This document shows, piece after piece, positions 39,591 through 53,555 of a stretch of DNA of 64,000 nucleotides. The stretch's first letter is position 1. Each line of letters starts with the position of its first letter. The stretch spans positions 67,704,001-67,768,000 of the forward strand of contig OX597828.1 in the NCBI GenBank assembly GCA_951406725.2, written 5' to 3'. The notes under the pieces are model-generated. The model was given only the letters and a program-made list of their open reading frames with translations. It had not been told where the DNA came from and did not search any database. The position numbers and the translations under genes were made by a program. The DNA comes from Octopus vulgaris. Taxonomy: Eukaryota.

Positions 39591-39709
39591 TGAAAGGTGA
39601 ACTCAGCCAGCGAGATATGTAGTCGTGAATATAATGCCGTAGCAGAACTCGAACCATCGCCTCTTTCGTTTGGAGTCCAATATTCTTCCCAGTTCCGCCA
39701 CTTAAGTTT
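39591..39709 (-). CDS. Candidate exon (KLKWRNWEEYWTPNERGDG...EFTF), 119 nt; donor uncertain
   Basis: Strong acceptor tttctttttcccttctcctcttcAG. Open in phase 0, matching 49833-49905; donor gtgaat is weak; a second frame is also open. Confidence 0.4.
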
Positions 39710-39922
39710 CTGAAGAGGAGAAGGGAAAAAGAAATTAATAAAGAAAAATATGGAGGAAAAAAAAGAAACGAAAACAAAAATATGGAATGATTTTGGTTAA
39801 ATGCCATTTCTTCAACTATCAGAACCAATTGTCAGTTATGAAAGAACTGGCGATTCCATTAGAAATGCCAGCATTTCAGTTTTAACTCCTCTGGAATAGC
39901 ACGGATACTTATAGCATTTCTT

Positions 39923-40000
<78 letters not shown>

Positions 40001-40021
40001 ATAATAATAATAATAATAATA

Positions 40022-40094
<73 letters not shown>

Positions 40095-41658
40095 ATATTA
40101 TGCTGTTATCAAGAAATTCAAGATGCTAAAATCTAAAGAAAACTACAAGAACAATTCTTCAGATAACGTAGCCTATCTCGACTCTAAGAAACTAGTGGTT
40201 TCCAGTTAATCTTGGAACCATTCCTGACACACGCAAATGTCAAATGAGATTGGTAAAGACCAAGAATGTCAAATCGAGAATGGTAATTTGGTTTAAGTTT
40301 CTACTTGTATTAATTTGCCAGGGAATTGGTTTCCAGCCAATCTATGCGTGTTTTTTCCATCTTGTGGCGTTGTCTGGTAAACAGAAGCGACCCGTTGGCC
40401 TTTTCAGAGATCAGTGGTATCCATCAAAGGGTGACCTGATGTGTTGACCACGAAATGGAAATGTTATATACTTGCTTCATATGAGAAGGATTACAGATAT
40501 GAAAGGGAAGTCTCTATGTAGTCATTTGACCTGCGAGAAATGGCAACCAAATTTCCTTTAAACCACATTCTGTCGTCTTCAAACAGCAAAAGAAAAAAAA
40601 CATTAAAATCATTGAACAATGAAGTCCCTGATGTAAAAAAAAAAACAAAAAGAAAGCTTGGTTATGTCCGGAAAGTCTTTGATCGTAAGTCTGTTCATTG
40701 ATGACTGACCTAGGGAAGGATGTATTGTATAGTAGGTCTAGGTACGCGATGGCTATAAAAAAAGATGGGTTGGTCACGGATGGAACATCTGGGAATTCGA
40801 CAACAATAGAACACTAACTATCAAACAAGTGCACATGCTAAAAATATCAGCTAATGTTCCTTAATTCTCGCACCCTAAAAAAGTGAAACCCACAGGATTA
40901 TGTAACCCTAGACAAAATATATCTTTTAAAGAGATAGGTCACGCGTGGAACGTCTTTGATCATAGGTTTATTCAATCAGAGCTGGCCTGGAGCTAAACAA
41001 CAAAAACAGCAACCAGAGTAAACCAAATCAATAAATCAATAATTGAACTTCGATCTCCGTTTTAGTTTGATGAAAAATTCCTAAAAGGTCAGTTTCTGAA
41101 CTCTTGTGGAGGGTGGGACATAGATTTGGTTTAACTAAACCAATTTACCATAAGTTTATGTAACTTTGAGACAAGAATAGGGGACGGCGAGGAGGTAGGG
41201 AGAGGGAATGTCGGATGTTGGTGGAACCTCTTTTACAGCCAGTTAATACACTTCTCATTCATTTTCTCGACTGAAACTTCATATTTTCCCTATCCTCATA
41301 GCACCACAAACTTAGTCAACTTTATTCACAATCACCAGTGTTCTTGGAATCCAGTTTGGTTTTCTCCTTTGATGTCTTTGTTGAAAGAAGATAGAAAAAT
41401 GGTTTTCATTTTCGATCTGTTCTTTTATTTCCGTTCTAGTGTCTTCTCATAAAGACAGTTTATCTCTCCAATCTAAATTACTGATTTATGATGTGAACTA
41501 CTATCACAGCTTCCGTGTAAACGCTCAACCAATAGAAAAAAATAACAGCTAAATGTTCTTCAGTGAGTGCACAAATATGGAAGAAGCTATGGACGATACA
41601 AAAGCTTCCAAATGGCGGGTAGTGGAAGGATGGTCAAGAATGGAGGACATATATATAC

Positions 41659-41746
<88 letters not shown>

Positions 41747-43729
41747 TGCTCGCTTAGCCAGCGGGGTGGCGTCATTTGAAGGCTAAAACAATGCGAAACG
41801 CATCCTGACCAGCGATGTGTAGCAACATCTGATAGCCAGGTCGGTCACGTGATCACGTGATATATATATATATATATTTTGACTGAGCTACAGCAACAAT
41901 GATGTGTCAGGCGTAGATTTGAGGTTGGATGTTTAGCATTTGGAATGTTGCCAAGCACAGAATTCTATCAGCTGGGCAATGCCATCAGCAGGAATACAAC
42001 ACTCGTTATTCTAGAACAAGTCAGTCGAGGGTATGAGCGATGATGTTCTAGGAGCAACCCTGGGCATTGACGAGAGCAGTCTCTTCTGGGGAACTTTCTA
42101 TTCGAGGACTATAGACAACTTCCAAAAGTCATTAGCGTGAAAGCTACAGGTGACCATTAGCTGTTCGAGACATGCTCTCCAGGCACAGAAGAATAACCGA
42201 ATCTGACCGAAATACATGCAAGACAGTGATCGTCCTGCATGCCGTGTTCAGTGTCCTCGCATTAGCGAGTTGTGTACTTGCATTAGCTACTGTTGTCAAG
42301 TGTAGGACCCAATCTGGCTATCAACCGAGTAAATTGTACGAATCGACGCACCTCCTTCCTTTGTTTGAGAAGGGCGACTAGTCTTCCCCTCCTTCGCCGC
42401 TATAGTAAAAGAAATTGTATAGTGCACTCGTAGATCGATATTTTTTCTGAAAGGTTTGTAGTTTTGTTTCTCTTTGCAAAACCACTTGAGGAGGAAGGTA
42501 AAAATAAGACAGGGATTAGGTTTAGAGAGGGAGGAACTATCTTCTAGTGTGTTGAACAACAGGTGGGCAAGAGCAGAATTGGCCTACCCGGAGTATGCAT
42601 TTTAGGTAAGGTGAAAGGAACAGTGACAGGGTACTTTTAATACTTAGATATGGCATATGCGGTAAATAGGATAGAAAGGTATAGGTACCAATTTCAGTCA
42701 CAGAACTCCAGGCTGGAACTCAACTCTTTGTAATCGGAAGTTGATAAGACCAGCACCGTGCTACCTTGTCAGCTACCTAACTGTACTAATTATTGATATA
42801 TATTTCTATAGAACATACATTTTCACCACTATCTCCAAGATTTATGGCGGACAGAAATAAAAAACGGAAACAATGAAAGATTAAAGAAAAGAAGAAGAAA
42901 AAAACAAGAAAAACAAAATGTTTTTGTTGTTTTATTATTTGTCATATTTCTTTGTTAACATTGTCACTTGTGTGAATTTTGGTTTTTAATTATCTTTTTT
43001 TCTTTTTACAGTTTTTTCCTCTTTTTACGATATCACACACAGTAACTAACACACACGAAAGACATATCAAAGCTTTATCATGTCATAAGTTCAAGTTGTA
43101 TAAAAAATATATATATATATTAAAAAATATATATATATAAAAAAATATATATATAAAAACATTTCTTCAGTGTAGGCAGATATTCTGATAAAGCAGAAGA
43201 GAGAGACAAATGAAAACAAAGAATTTATTTGCTGCTGTCCTTATTAATCTGCACCAAGAAATATCAGGAATCAAATGACTCATATTTCAACTTAATTCCA
43301 AAAGTGATTTCAATCTAGAATCTTGAAATGTCTTCCTTCTTCTGATACATTTTCTGGGAAACATTTAAAAGAAAGTAATAAATATGTGAGTGCGTATGCG
43401 TGTGAGTATATATAAATCGAAACTACGTATATGTGTGTATGTATATATGTATGATTGTAGTTACGTAGTTACGGCTGTAGGTGTGAGGGTAGGGTGGTTC
43501 CAAGAAAGCAAGACATAAAACTAGCGAACAACAAGAAACATGGTTCTCTCTATATTACAAGGAATTCTTTTCATGTTTTTATTATTTTATAGAAATTTCT
43601 TTTCTTTTCTTTCTATTTCTTTATTCTTCTTCGTTTTATGTCATTTCCAAACATTACTTATATATATCACATTCGTATAAACATCAACGGAAAAAAATTG
43701 TTTATAATACATATAAATACATACATACG

Positions 43730-43801
<72 letters not shown>

Positions 43802-43934
43802 CGTACATACATACATACAAATATATATATACACACACAATATGTATTCATATATATATATACTTACGTACATACATACATACAAATATATGTATATATA
43901 TATATGTGTGTGTGTGTATGTATGTATATATATA

Positions 43935-43965
<31 letters not shown>

Positions 43966-44049
43966 TTATGTATGTATGTATGTATGTATGTATGTATGTA
44001 TGTATGTATCTATTCATATACGTATGTATGTATACATATGTGTGTGTAT

Positions 44050-44133
<84 letters not shown>

Positions 44134-44595
44134 AATTTAGAAAAAATAAGTAAATAAATGAAATTCACCTTTTGATGAATTTCAATATTAAAAGTATTGG
44201 AAACATATTATGAAGAATGGCAAAGATGTTAAAATATTATATTGCTTGTGATTTCTTGGAATTGGTTCGGTTTTGGACGACGATGTTAGAAGGAGGACGA
44301 CGGGGGAGGCGGGGAAGGTGGCGGGAGAAAAATAGTAGATTATGGAGAGACAACAACAATGAGAGCAACAACAAGCAACAACAACACCAACAACAACAAC
44401 AGTAACACCAAGAGGTATTCTATACAGATTGTTCACACAATCTAATTGACTTTTCATGTTGAAAAAGAAGGAAGTAAAAGATTCTCACTAATCTCATCAA
44501 ATATTCTTCAATTCTATATTGGAAGTCAGCACTTCTATCTAGTTATGCGAGTGTGTGCGCGTGCGTGTGCGTGTGCGTGTGAGTATGTGACTATA

Positions 44596-44633
<38 letters not shown>

Positions 44634-44748
44634 GGTAGGTAGGTAGGTAGGTAGGTAGGTAGATATGGTATATATATATTTGTGATATATATATATCTCA
44701 GCGGTGTATAACGGCATCAGATGGTCTAGTCGATACTATTATACTGTG

Positions 44749-44779
<31 letters not shown>

Positions 44780-44813
44780 TATATAATATATATTATATAT
44801 ATACATACATACA

Positions 44814-44847
<34 letters not shown>

Positions 44848-45994
44848 CATACATGGCGGTGCCCCAGCATGGCCACAGCTCGTGAGCTGAAACTAGCTAA
44901 AATAAAATAAAGAAAATAAAATACACACATACATGCATATCGTGGCTATTATGTTAGACTATCGTATCTCCAAACGTTGACGTATCGATGATCGATTGGC
45001 TAAGAAGCTCACGTCTCAAACATGATGATGCTGGTGATGATGCTGCTGATGATGATGAGGATGATGATGATTACGTTGTTGATGACGGTCGTGGCGATCA
45101 TGATGATCACGATGACTGACACACGCATACACAGATGCACATGAATACATACATACATATATATATCTCCAACACACCATTCTCCGAGACTTTCGGGTAA
45201 CATCGTTACCCCATCCCTACGCATTCCCAACCCATCATCCCAATACATCCCATCCCACACATTCCACTCCTACATACCTCACTCCCCACTCCCATATACA
45301 CTACCTCTACCCCCACCCACATCCCCAACCCACACCACACCCTCAGTTCCCCCATCCTCGCCTGAATCCCAACACCACCAACACCACCACACCACCCCGT
45401 ACACGTCAAGGTCACCAGCCCCTATCCACACGCACATACACGCTCTCACATACACACGCACGTTCACCTTCGTTTTGGGATCACCACTACTTTTTTTATT
45501 GACCCTTCTTCCTAGCTCTCCTGTCTGACCATTTGGCATGATTAATCGCTAGCCACTAAACCTTTTTTATTTTCTCTCCTTGTTTCTTTCTGTGTTCCTT
45601 TCTGTAGAAGAGCGTAGGCTCGAAACGTAAAAGACTTTCTCACTTCCCGAGTGATAAACTAATACACCTGTTTGTTATTTACACACCTGTCTTCGTCTTT
45701 TGTTTTGTTTCTTGTAAATTCCAACTATATGTCCTTGTTTTCGTATACATTCGCTGCTTTCTTCCAAGGAATCTAATACTCTTAGCTTAGTTTTCCTTGA
45801 GGCTGGCCAGATTGGAGCAATCTCAAGATTAATCAGCCGAAATTGCAAAGATAATCTAGAACTCGACCGAGGAAAGAAAACTCCGAATGACCCATCCTTG
45901 TTTTCTTTGTATCGTCTATCTGGATGTTTTGTTGTCCCTTTCTTGTATCACCTAAATGGATGTTTTGCATTCTTGCCCCATTTTGTATTACATA

Positions 45995-46054
<60 letters not shown>

Positions 46055-46154
46055 ATGTATGTTATGTATGTATGTATGTGTATATATATATATATATTAT
46101 GTATGTATGTATGTATGTGTATATATATATATATATATTATGTATGTATGTATG

Positions 46155-46198
<44 letters not shown>

Positions 46199-46263
46199 CA
46201 TACATACATACATACATACATGTATATATATATACCTCGTTCAGAGACTTATTATTGCTTATA

Positions 46264-46306
<43 letters not shown>

Positions 46307-46514
46307 GTATATATGTAGGTATGTATTTATATATATATATATATACGTACATACGTACATATATACATAAATGCATGCATGCATACACACGCATCTATAC
46401 ATAGACGCACGCACGTACATACACAGATACATACACACCTACACATTCTGCTGGATTCTAATTAAAAACCCATTTACATTGTTATATATTATATTGATCT
46501 GCATTCTTAAAGCC

Positions 46515-46545
<31 letters not shown>

Positions 46546-48305
46546 TATTTCTTGTTGTTGTTGCTGCTGCTGTTGCTGTCGTGTATTTGTTCTAATTGTG
46601 TCACATTTCACCAATTACTCACCACCACCACCACCACCACCAGCACCGCCGCCATCACCACTTCCTCCAGCATCACTACTACCACCGTAGCTATCACTAC
46701 CGTCATCACTACCAACCAACACCACTACCACCACACCATCGACATTAACAACACCAACATCACTACCACCGTCATCAGCACCTGCTGTACCGACACCGCC
46801 ACTACAACCAACACCACCACCAACAACAACACCTGTACCACCATCAAAACACCACCACTAACAACAACGCCTACGCTACAATCACAACCACAAACTGCCA
46901 TCATCATCACTACCACTGTTACCACAACCACCACCACCACCACCACCTCAACCACCACCACCACCATTCAATGTCGGCTATAATTTCTCGTTGTTTCATT
47001 ACATTTACAAATACTAACTTTCGGCGACAGCGGTGATGGTGGTGGTGGTGGTGGTGGTGGCGGCGGCGGCGGCGGCGGTGGTGGTGGTGGTGATGGTGGT
47101 GGTGGTGGTGGTGCTGGTGGTGGTGCTGGTAGTGGTGGCTGTAGCGGCAGTGGGGGCGTCGGCGTGGGCGGTAGTGGTGGTGGTGGCGGTGGTGGTGGTT
47201 GTGGTGGTGGCGGCGGCGGCGGTGGCGGTGAGTTGATAGTCAGTCGAGTATCTCAGAAAATGGTGTTCGAGTCGGCAAGTGTATGTGATCGAATGGTGTT
47301 CGATATTTAAACGCTTTCCTCTCTGTTGCTGTTTTTCTGAGTCCAATTTCTCTTTCACTCTTCCAATATTGAAATGACAGGTACCAGTTATATACGGTGG
47401 GATCAATTCAACCGATTGTGTACTCCAATCCTCCAAGAAATCAACGTTTATCAGGTGAAAATGTTATTTTATATCTTATTTTACCTTTGATAACTGTATG
47501 GCACAGCGGCAGCGGCGAAAGTGGCGGCACAGGAGGTCGGGGCAACGGCAGCGGAAGCCGTGCAGGAAGCGGTGCCGGCGGGGACGACGCGACGAGGTAG
47601 CGACGCGAGCGACAGCAGCAGCAGCAACAGCAGACGCAGCAGCAGCAGCAACGGTAGCAGCAGTGGCAGCAGTAGTAGCAGCAGTAGCTGCAGCAACAGC
47701 AGCTGCGGCAGAAGCAGCGGCGACGACGGGACAATTGATTTTTCTGTGGTATTCTTCCTTAAGAACTCAACCATGAAATAAAAGGGTGAAGCGAATCTGC
47801 AACAGAATCAAAGAATATCAGAAATCGTAGAATACCGTAAACTTTGGATTGGTTGGCGTGAAGAATGGTTGTGTTTGATGTTTCTGACGTTTGCCTTAGA
47901 ATGAAAAGATTGATGAAGACGTCGACAGTCAGACAAATACCATCTTTGTCCAACAGACTGTCTATTCTTCGGGGTTAGTCATCTTGTCCAACCCGAACTT
48001 TTCTTTAAACTAATTTTTTTGTAACTTAATTATAACTGACATTAATTAGTACTGACGCTCATCTTAAACAGTTGCCTTCCAGAACTCAAAACCAACAGAA
48101 GGCAATGTCTATAGAAAGAACTGAAATTACGAACCTGTTGTCAGCAGAACACGACACACAATGGCTTTAGTAAGAACTGAACTCTCGACCTTGACGTTAG
48201 TTGTCCATCACCTTTACATCTATTTTGTACTTCACACAATACTACAGAAAATCTCCCCCAAAACTATATATATATATATATATATGTATGTATATGTATA
48301 TAAAT

Positions 48306-48451
<146 letters not shown>

Positions 48452-48480
48452 ATATATATATGTGTGTGTGTTTGTGTATG

Positions 48481-48554
<74 letters not shown>

Positions 48555-49156
48555 CACATGTATATTATATATATATCTTATATATATATATATATATATA
48601 TGAAACTCAGGCATGTGTTATTTTATAGAATTTATAAATATTAACAACTAGTTTCTTATTTTGCCTCTTGTAATATTTGTTCAGTCCATTTTGTTTTGCT
48701 TTTTCTCTTTGTTTCCTTTTTTTATTGTTTATTTGTTTTGTTTCTGTTTTGTAAGCTGTTTAAATAGACTTCCTCTCCAAAGAATAAAGCTAGATAAAAA
48801 AGAAAAAAAAAGAATAAATTAAAAATAGATGAAATTTATGAATCGTGAGTGCGAGCAGCATCTGTTGCTAATTTATCATTCTCACTCACTGCACCGTTGT
48901 TAATTATTAAAAAAAAAAAAAGGTAAAAAGCAACAAAACTCTATTAGCTTTTTCCTAAAACTGCTAATTAAGTGTCTATTTAAATTAGTATTAAATTATA
49001 GAAAGGACTCGTTTATAAATCTTTTCGACTCTGGAGAGTAATCAGAGTCAGTGATTAATCTAACTTTTAATTGGTTTAACCCTGCTAATCAAAAACTATG
49101 ATATGGTGGTTGAACAGTAATACCCTTGTCTATGATACACAATGTGTGAATCCAAC

Positions 49157-49449
49157 AATGGGTGAACTAACACTGGAACCCCTAGGTGGCTGTTCGATTT
49201 GCTAGAAATGAGTGTATACGCTAGAGTAAATTATGAAGGAAATAACAAAAGTCTGGTCGTTGTTGGAACGTCTTCAATCATAGGTCGAACTATTAGGGGT
49301 CCAATGGGTGAGCTAACACTGGAACCCCTAGGTGGCTGTGAGATTTGCTAGAAATGAGTGTATAAGCGAGAGTAAGTTATGAAGGAAATAACAAAAGTCT
49401 GGTCATTGTTGGAACATCTTCAATCATAGGTCCAACTATTAGGGGTCCA
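49157..49449 (+). repeat. Tandem duplication, 146-bp period
   Basis: aatgggtga(a/g)ctaacactggaacccctagg at 49157 and 49303. Confidence 0.88.
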
Positions 49450-49602
49450 CTTTAAGGACAAAACTAACAACATTAAGTTGGCATGGTAACGAATTGAACC
49501 TGAACCTTAAAGGGACGCAACTAAATACCAAAATGTATTTGGCTCAACGTTTCAAATGATTTTATTAATCGATTTTAAAAATTAAGATTTACAATTTCAC
49601 AG

Positions 49603-49693
<91 letters not shown>

Positions 49694-49735
49694 CTCTCTC
49701 TCTTTCTCTCTCTCACTCTCTCTCTCTCTCTCTTT

Positions 49736-49769
<34 letters not shown>

Positions 49770-49832
49770 TTCTCACACACACACACGCATGCACACACAC
49801 ACACACGCACACATACCCATCTCTTCTGTTAC

Positions 49833-49905
49833 CGTAAAGCTAGCCAGGCTGCTTCTCAAGTCTCTCAAAGTGGCCCCAGCTGTGTCTAGCTTTCTTCCGA
49901 TAAAC
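49833..49905 (-). CDS. Candidate exon (FIGRKLDTAGATLRDLRSSLASFT), 73 nt, phase 2->0
   Basis: Acceptor gttttccAG, donor ACG|gtaaca. Single open frame, phase fits 53060-53128. Confidence 0.4.
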
Positions 49906-51564
49906 CTGGAAAACCCCCGTAATCACTGCGATTCTTCTTTAAACATAATGAAGGTCATTATGTTAAACATCATGAAACTCAGCGACGTAGACTAATTACT
50001 CAGTAGTGCTGCCCATCATTCAATATTGAGCCCCATTATTCAATAGTGCTCCCCATTATCGTTTTTGTTGACGACGTCACCACCCCACCCACGCCTCTTA
50101 TTTAGCAAGCTTATTAAGTTATAGTAATCAATATGTGTTTGTACTAATACGCCACCCCGTTTAACACCACCACTTGCCTCGAAAAAACTTAACTCCGTTA
50201 CAAGCATTCAAACTTATGATAGACATAACACTCCCTTCTGATCAAAATACTCTTTTCTACTCTAGGCACAAGGCTCGAAATTTTTGGTGACGGGGCCAGT
50301 CGATCAGATCAACCCCAGTACGCAACTGGTACTTAATTTATCGACGCCGAACTCATCCTGAACTCATCTTGTGGGAGTTAAACACCTTAAATACAGACGC
50401 CAATACAGTTCAGGAGCAAGACGAAGCGGCTAATATATGAAAGAATGTTAGGAAGAGGAGTCGACATCGCTGAAAATCGAGTCCTTCTGTACTGTGTTAT
50501 CCAGATCAAATCAACCACGTGGGTGGATGCCTTCCATCTTCTAATTTAGCTTCTTTTTTCACGAAATGTCGAAATAATATCTGTTGATGATCAACATCAA
50601 TTTTCAACTTTTTAAAATGGTCAAAGATTTTTAGGCTTTATCTGTATAGTTCGCTTTTAAATTATCGTGAATTATCGCGACCAGTTTACGACTTTATCGT
50701 TAAGAGTATTATTACGGAAAAGACACGAGCATGTCGTTAGATGCAGAAGGCTTTCAATACAATCATAAGAGAGGCTGTTGCTATGATATTGGTGACATTT
50801 TTCCTTCGCTCCACTTGACGTTGCTATGCGGCTTTGTACGCTGTGGGCTTAGAAATATAAAAACTGACTGCAGTAGAATATTCTAAAATATCTTAAAATT
50901 CCTGCATATTAACAGGATCCTAATTTTTAAATTTAGGAGTTTGGTAGGGTTCAAGTGTTGAATCACGTGACAGCGCTGGCATATGTGAACTCAGGATTAT
51001 ACAAAATATATGTGCTTGTCAAGAAATTGGCTGTGTTGTAAGAAGTTTGCTTCCCAGCCAAAGGGTTCTGCTTTCAGTCCCACTTCGTGGTTCCTTGGAC
51101 AAGTGTCTTCACTAGAGCTTCGGGTCAACCAAATCCACGTTAGTGGATTTGGAACACGGAAACTGAATGAAGCCCGTCGTGTGTGTGTGTGTGTCCGCCT
51201 GTCTGTTTGTCTGTCTGTCTGTGAGTGTTTGTCTTTCTGTCCCGCACCACCGCTTGACAACCGGTGTTGGTGTGTCTACGTTCTCGTAATTTAACGATTC
51301 AGTAAAATAGACTGATAGAATAAGTACGAGGCTTTAGAAAAAAGTAAGTACTAGGTCGATCCGTTGAACTAAAACTCTCCAAGGAAGAACTCCAGCATGA
51401 CCACAGTCTAATGACTGAAACAAGTGAAAGATAAAAGATAAGCTGTGGCATGTATAGAAACGACGGACTAATCTTCGATGGGATTTGAACTTAGAAACAC
51501 AGATATGTAATGACATACTGTAACACACTCTGCCTGTACCAATTTTTCCAATCTACTGCCTTTG

Positions 51565-51985
51565 AACAACAGAAACGGAAGGACTGATTCTCACTGCGCA
51601 TGACCAATGCCTAAGCAAAAACAACCAGAAAAGCAAAATAATGAAAACAGGCCCAAACACCAAATGCAAAATGGGGAACCAGCACATTAAGACAGTTGAC
51701 CACATCATCTCAGGCTGTTCAGTCTTAGCCAAAATTGAATATAGAGACATAACCGAGTAAGTGTTTATACCTACTGGACGATATGGCAATACTACAATGT
51801 AGAAACTAATAAGAAATGTATAAAGATGTGCCAAACAAGGTACGTGACAACGAACAGGCATATCCCACAAACTGACAAAGAAATCAAAGCTGATCCCCCT
51901 GACATAATAATGAAGGACTGGTAAAAAAAATCCTTTGCTATGATAGACATAACACTCCCTTCTGATCACAATATTCTTTTCTACT
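51565..51985 (+). pseudogene. R4/Dong-type non-LTR retrotransposon C-terminal fragment (Zn knuckle and RLE endonuclease)
   Basis: ETEGLILTAHDQCL, KTVDHIISGCSVLAKIEY, TDKEIKADPPDIIMKD, MIDITLPSDHNI. Contains stops. Confidence 0.8.
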
Positions 51986-52299
51986 CTAGGCACATCAAAT
52001 TTTGTATAAATTTGATGATAATCTCCTTTCATTTTATTCATTCTTCCAGGGCTTTCATGCTAATAACCCGCAAACATATTTCCCCTCATGCATTCTAAGA
52101 AGTGAAAGTGAAGCAGATTCAGAATATTTTCTGAGAAAATGCACTTTCAAGTCTTTTTCAAAATTGCAACCGTTTGAAACGAAATGTCTTTAGCATAACA
52201 GTCACAGAAATGCAATAAGTCAATTAAACTATCCTTGTGATCCTTCCCAGATAAAAAATACGTCATCAATGAACTGTAAACAGAGTATTGGTTCATGAC

Positions 52300-52630
52300 C
52301 ATAAAAGGGTTCGAATGTCTTTAGTAACTGAGTCGAATTTCGTCATGAAGACATTGGCGAAAGTAACTGCCACGGGGGTACCCATGGCGCAATCATTCGT
52401 CTGGTGGTAAAATATTTCTCTAAACTTCATTGTGTTACTTTGTAACACAAATCTCAATAATCTACAGAGAAAATTTGATGGAATACTTTTGGCTGACCGC
52501 TTTTCGAAGGCATCCATGCAAGCTTCTACCCCTTCATCGTGGTCAATATTGGGATATAAGGAAGAAACATCTATGGTTACCAAAAGACAGTTCTCGACAC
52601 GGACTTGGTGCTTAAAAAAAGTTGTTGATT
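52300..52630 (-). pseudogene. Penelope-like element reverse transcriptase fragment
   Basis: LLVTIDVSSLYPNIDHDEG and YHQTNDCAMGTPVAVTFANVFM are PLE-type RT motifs. Confidence 0.85.
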
Positions 52631-52671
52631 TTAGATACAAAATCAAAGGTATCCCAAATATAGGAGGAAGA

Positions 52672-52925
52672 GGAGGAGGAGAAGAAGAAGAAGAAGAAGA
52701 AGAAGAAGAAGAAGAAGGAGAAGAAGAAGAAGAAGAAGAAGAAGAAGAAGGAGAAGAAGAAGAAGAAGAAGAAGAAGAAGAAGAAGAAGGAGAAGAAGAA
52801 GAAGGAGAAGAAGAAGAAGAAGAAGAAGAAGAAGGAGGAGAAGAAGAAGAAGAAGAAGAAGAAGGAGAAGAAGAAGGAGAAGAAGAAGAAGAAGAAGAAC
52901 AACAACAACAACAACAACAACAACA
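52672..52925. repeat. (GAA/GGA)n then (CAA)n microsatellite
   Basis: Direct reading. A similar (GAA)n tract lies at 34212-34355. Confidence 0.95.
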
Positions 52926-53059
52926 AGAATGTCCCCTTTAAAACAACCGTCACCTGAACCCTTTGTGTATTGGATGTGTGTGTTGCAATCCTTCACTCCA
53001 TCTCTGGTTTAAGGAAAACTTCCTCCATGTCAGTCCTGGACATTGCCCCTTTCCCTTAC

Positions 53060-53128
53060 CCCCACCCCCACTTTCCCGGTTCAATGGAGGACAAGATCAT
53101 ATAAACAAATCTGCTTGTTCCTGTTAAT
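53060..53128 (-). CDS. Candidate exon (LTGTSRFVYMILSSIEPGKWGW), 69 nt, phase 2->2
   Basis: Strong acceptor ttttcctttttacttttatgccaatcAG, donor |gtaagg. Only one frame is open. Confidence 0.45.
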
Positions 53129-53265
53129 CTGATTGGCATAAAAGTAAAAAGGAAAACAGGTTCCAAAACTAGTTTATATTTGAGGAGTTTAGCAGCAGAA
53201 AAGATAGCCAGCTGTAAAAATAATTGCTTAGCCATATATGTGCATGAGTGTGTGTGTGTGTGTGT

Positions 53266-53302
<37 letters not shown>

Positions 53303-53343
53303 CGCGTATGTGTGTGTTTATGTGTATATGTGTGTACATAGAT

Positions 53344-53376
<33 letters not shown>

Positions 53377-53513
53377 TATGTATATATATAATACAATCCC
53401 GAGGCAGAGAGAGGCAGAAACAACGAAAATGCCCCTTGCTTTTGAATACTACTCAAATATTCTTTTTTAAAACTTTTCATTTAATTTTTCCAAAATTTAA
53501 TTGTTTTCCATAC

Positions 53514-53555
53514 CTACAGTTGAAAAAGTCTTAATGACCGAAACCGGTACTGAAA
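53514..53555 (+). ncRNA. UUGAAAA-family hammerhead, stem II partly mutated
   Basis: CAG-TTGAAAA-AGTC ttaat GACC-GAAAC-CG-GTA-CTG. Confidence 0.5.

Noticed and set aside
40436-40475. CTGATG...GAAAT motif
   Set aside because: No adequate stem II, and G at the cleavage position.
41310-41450. Minus-strand peptide ending LVIVNKVD (GTPase G4-like)
   Set aside because: Bounded by stops, with no G1/G3 motifs or splice sites.
45790-45860. Hammerhead-like motif GGCTG...CAGCC-GAAAT-TGCA
   Set aside because: The core is reduced to CCTTGA, U16.1 is lost and stem I is absent; at most a dead relic.
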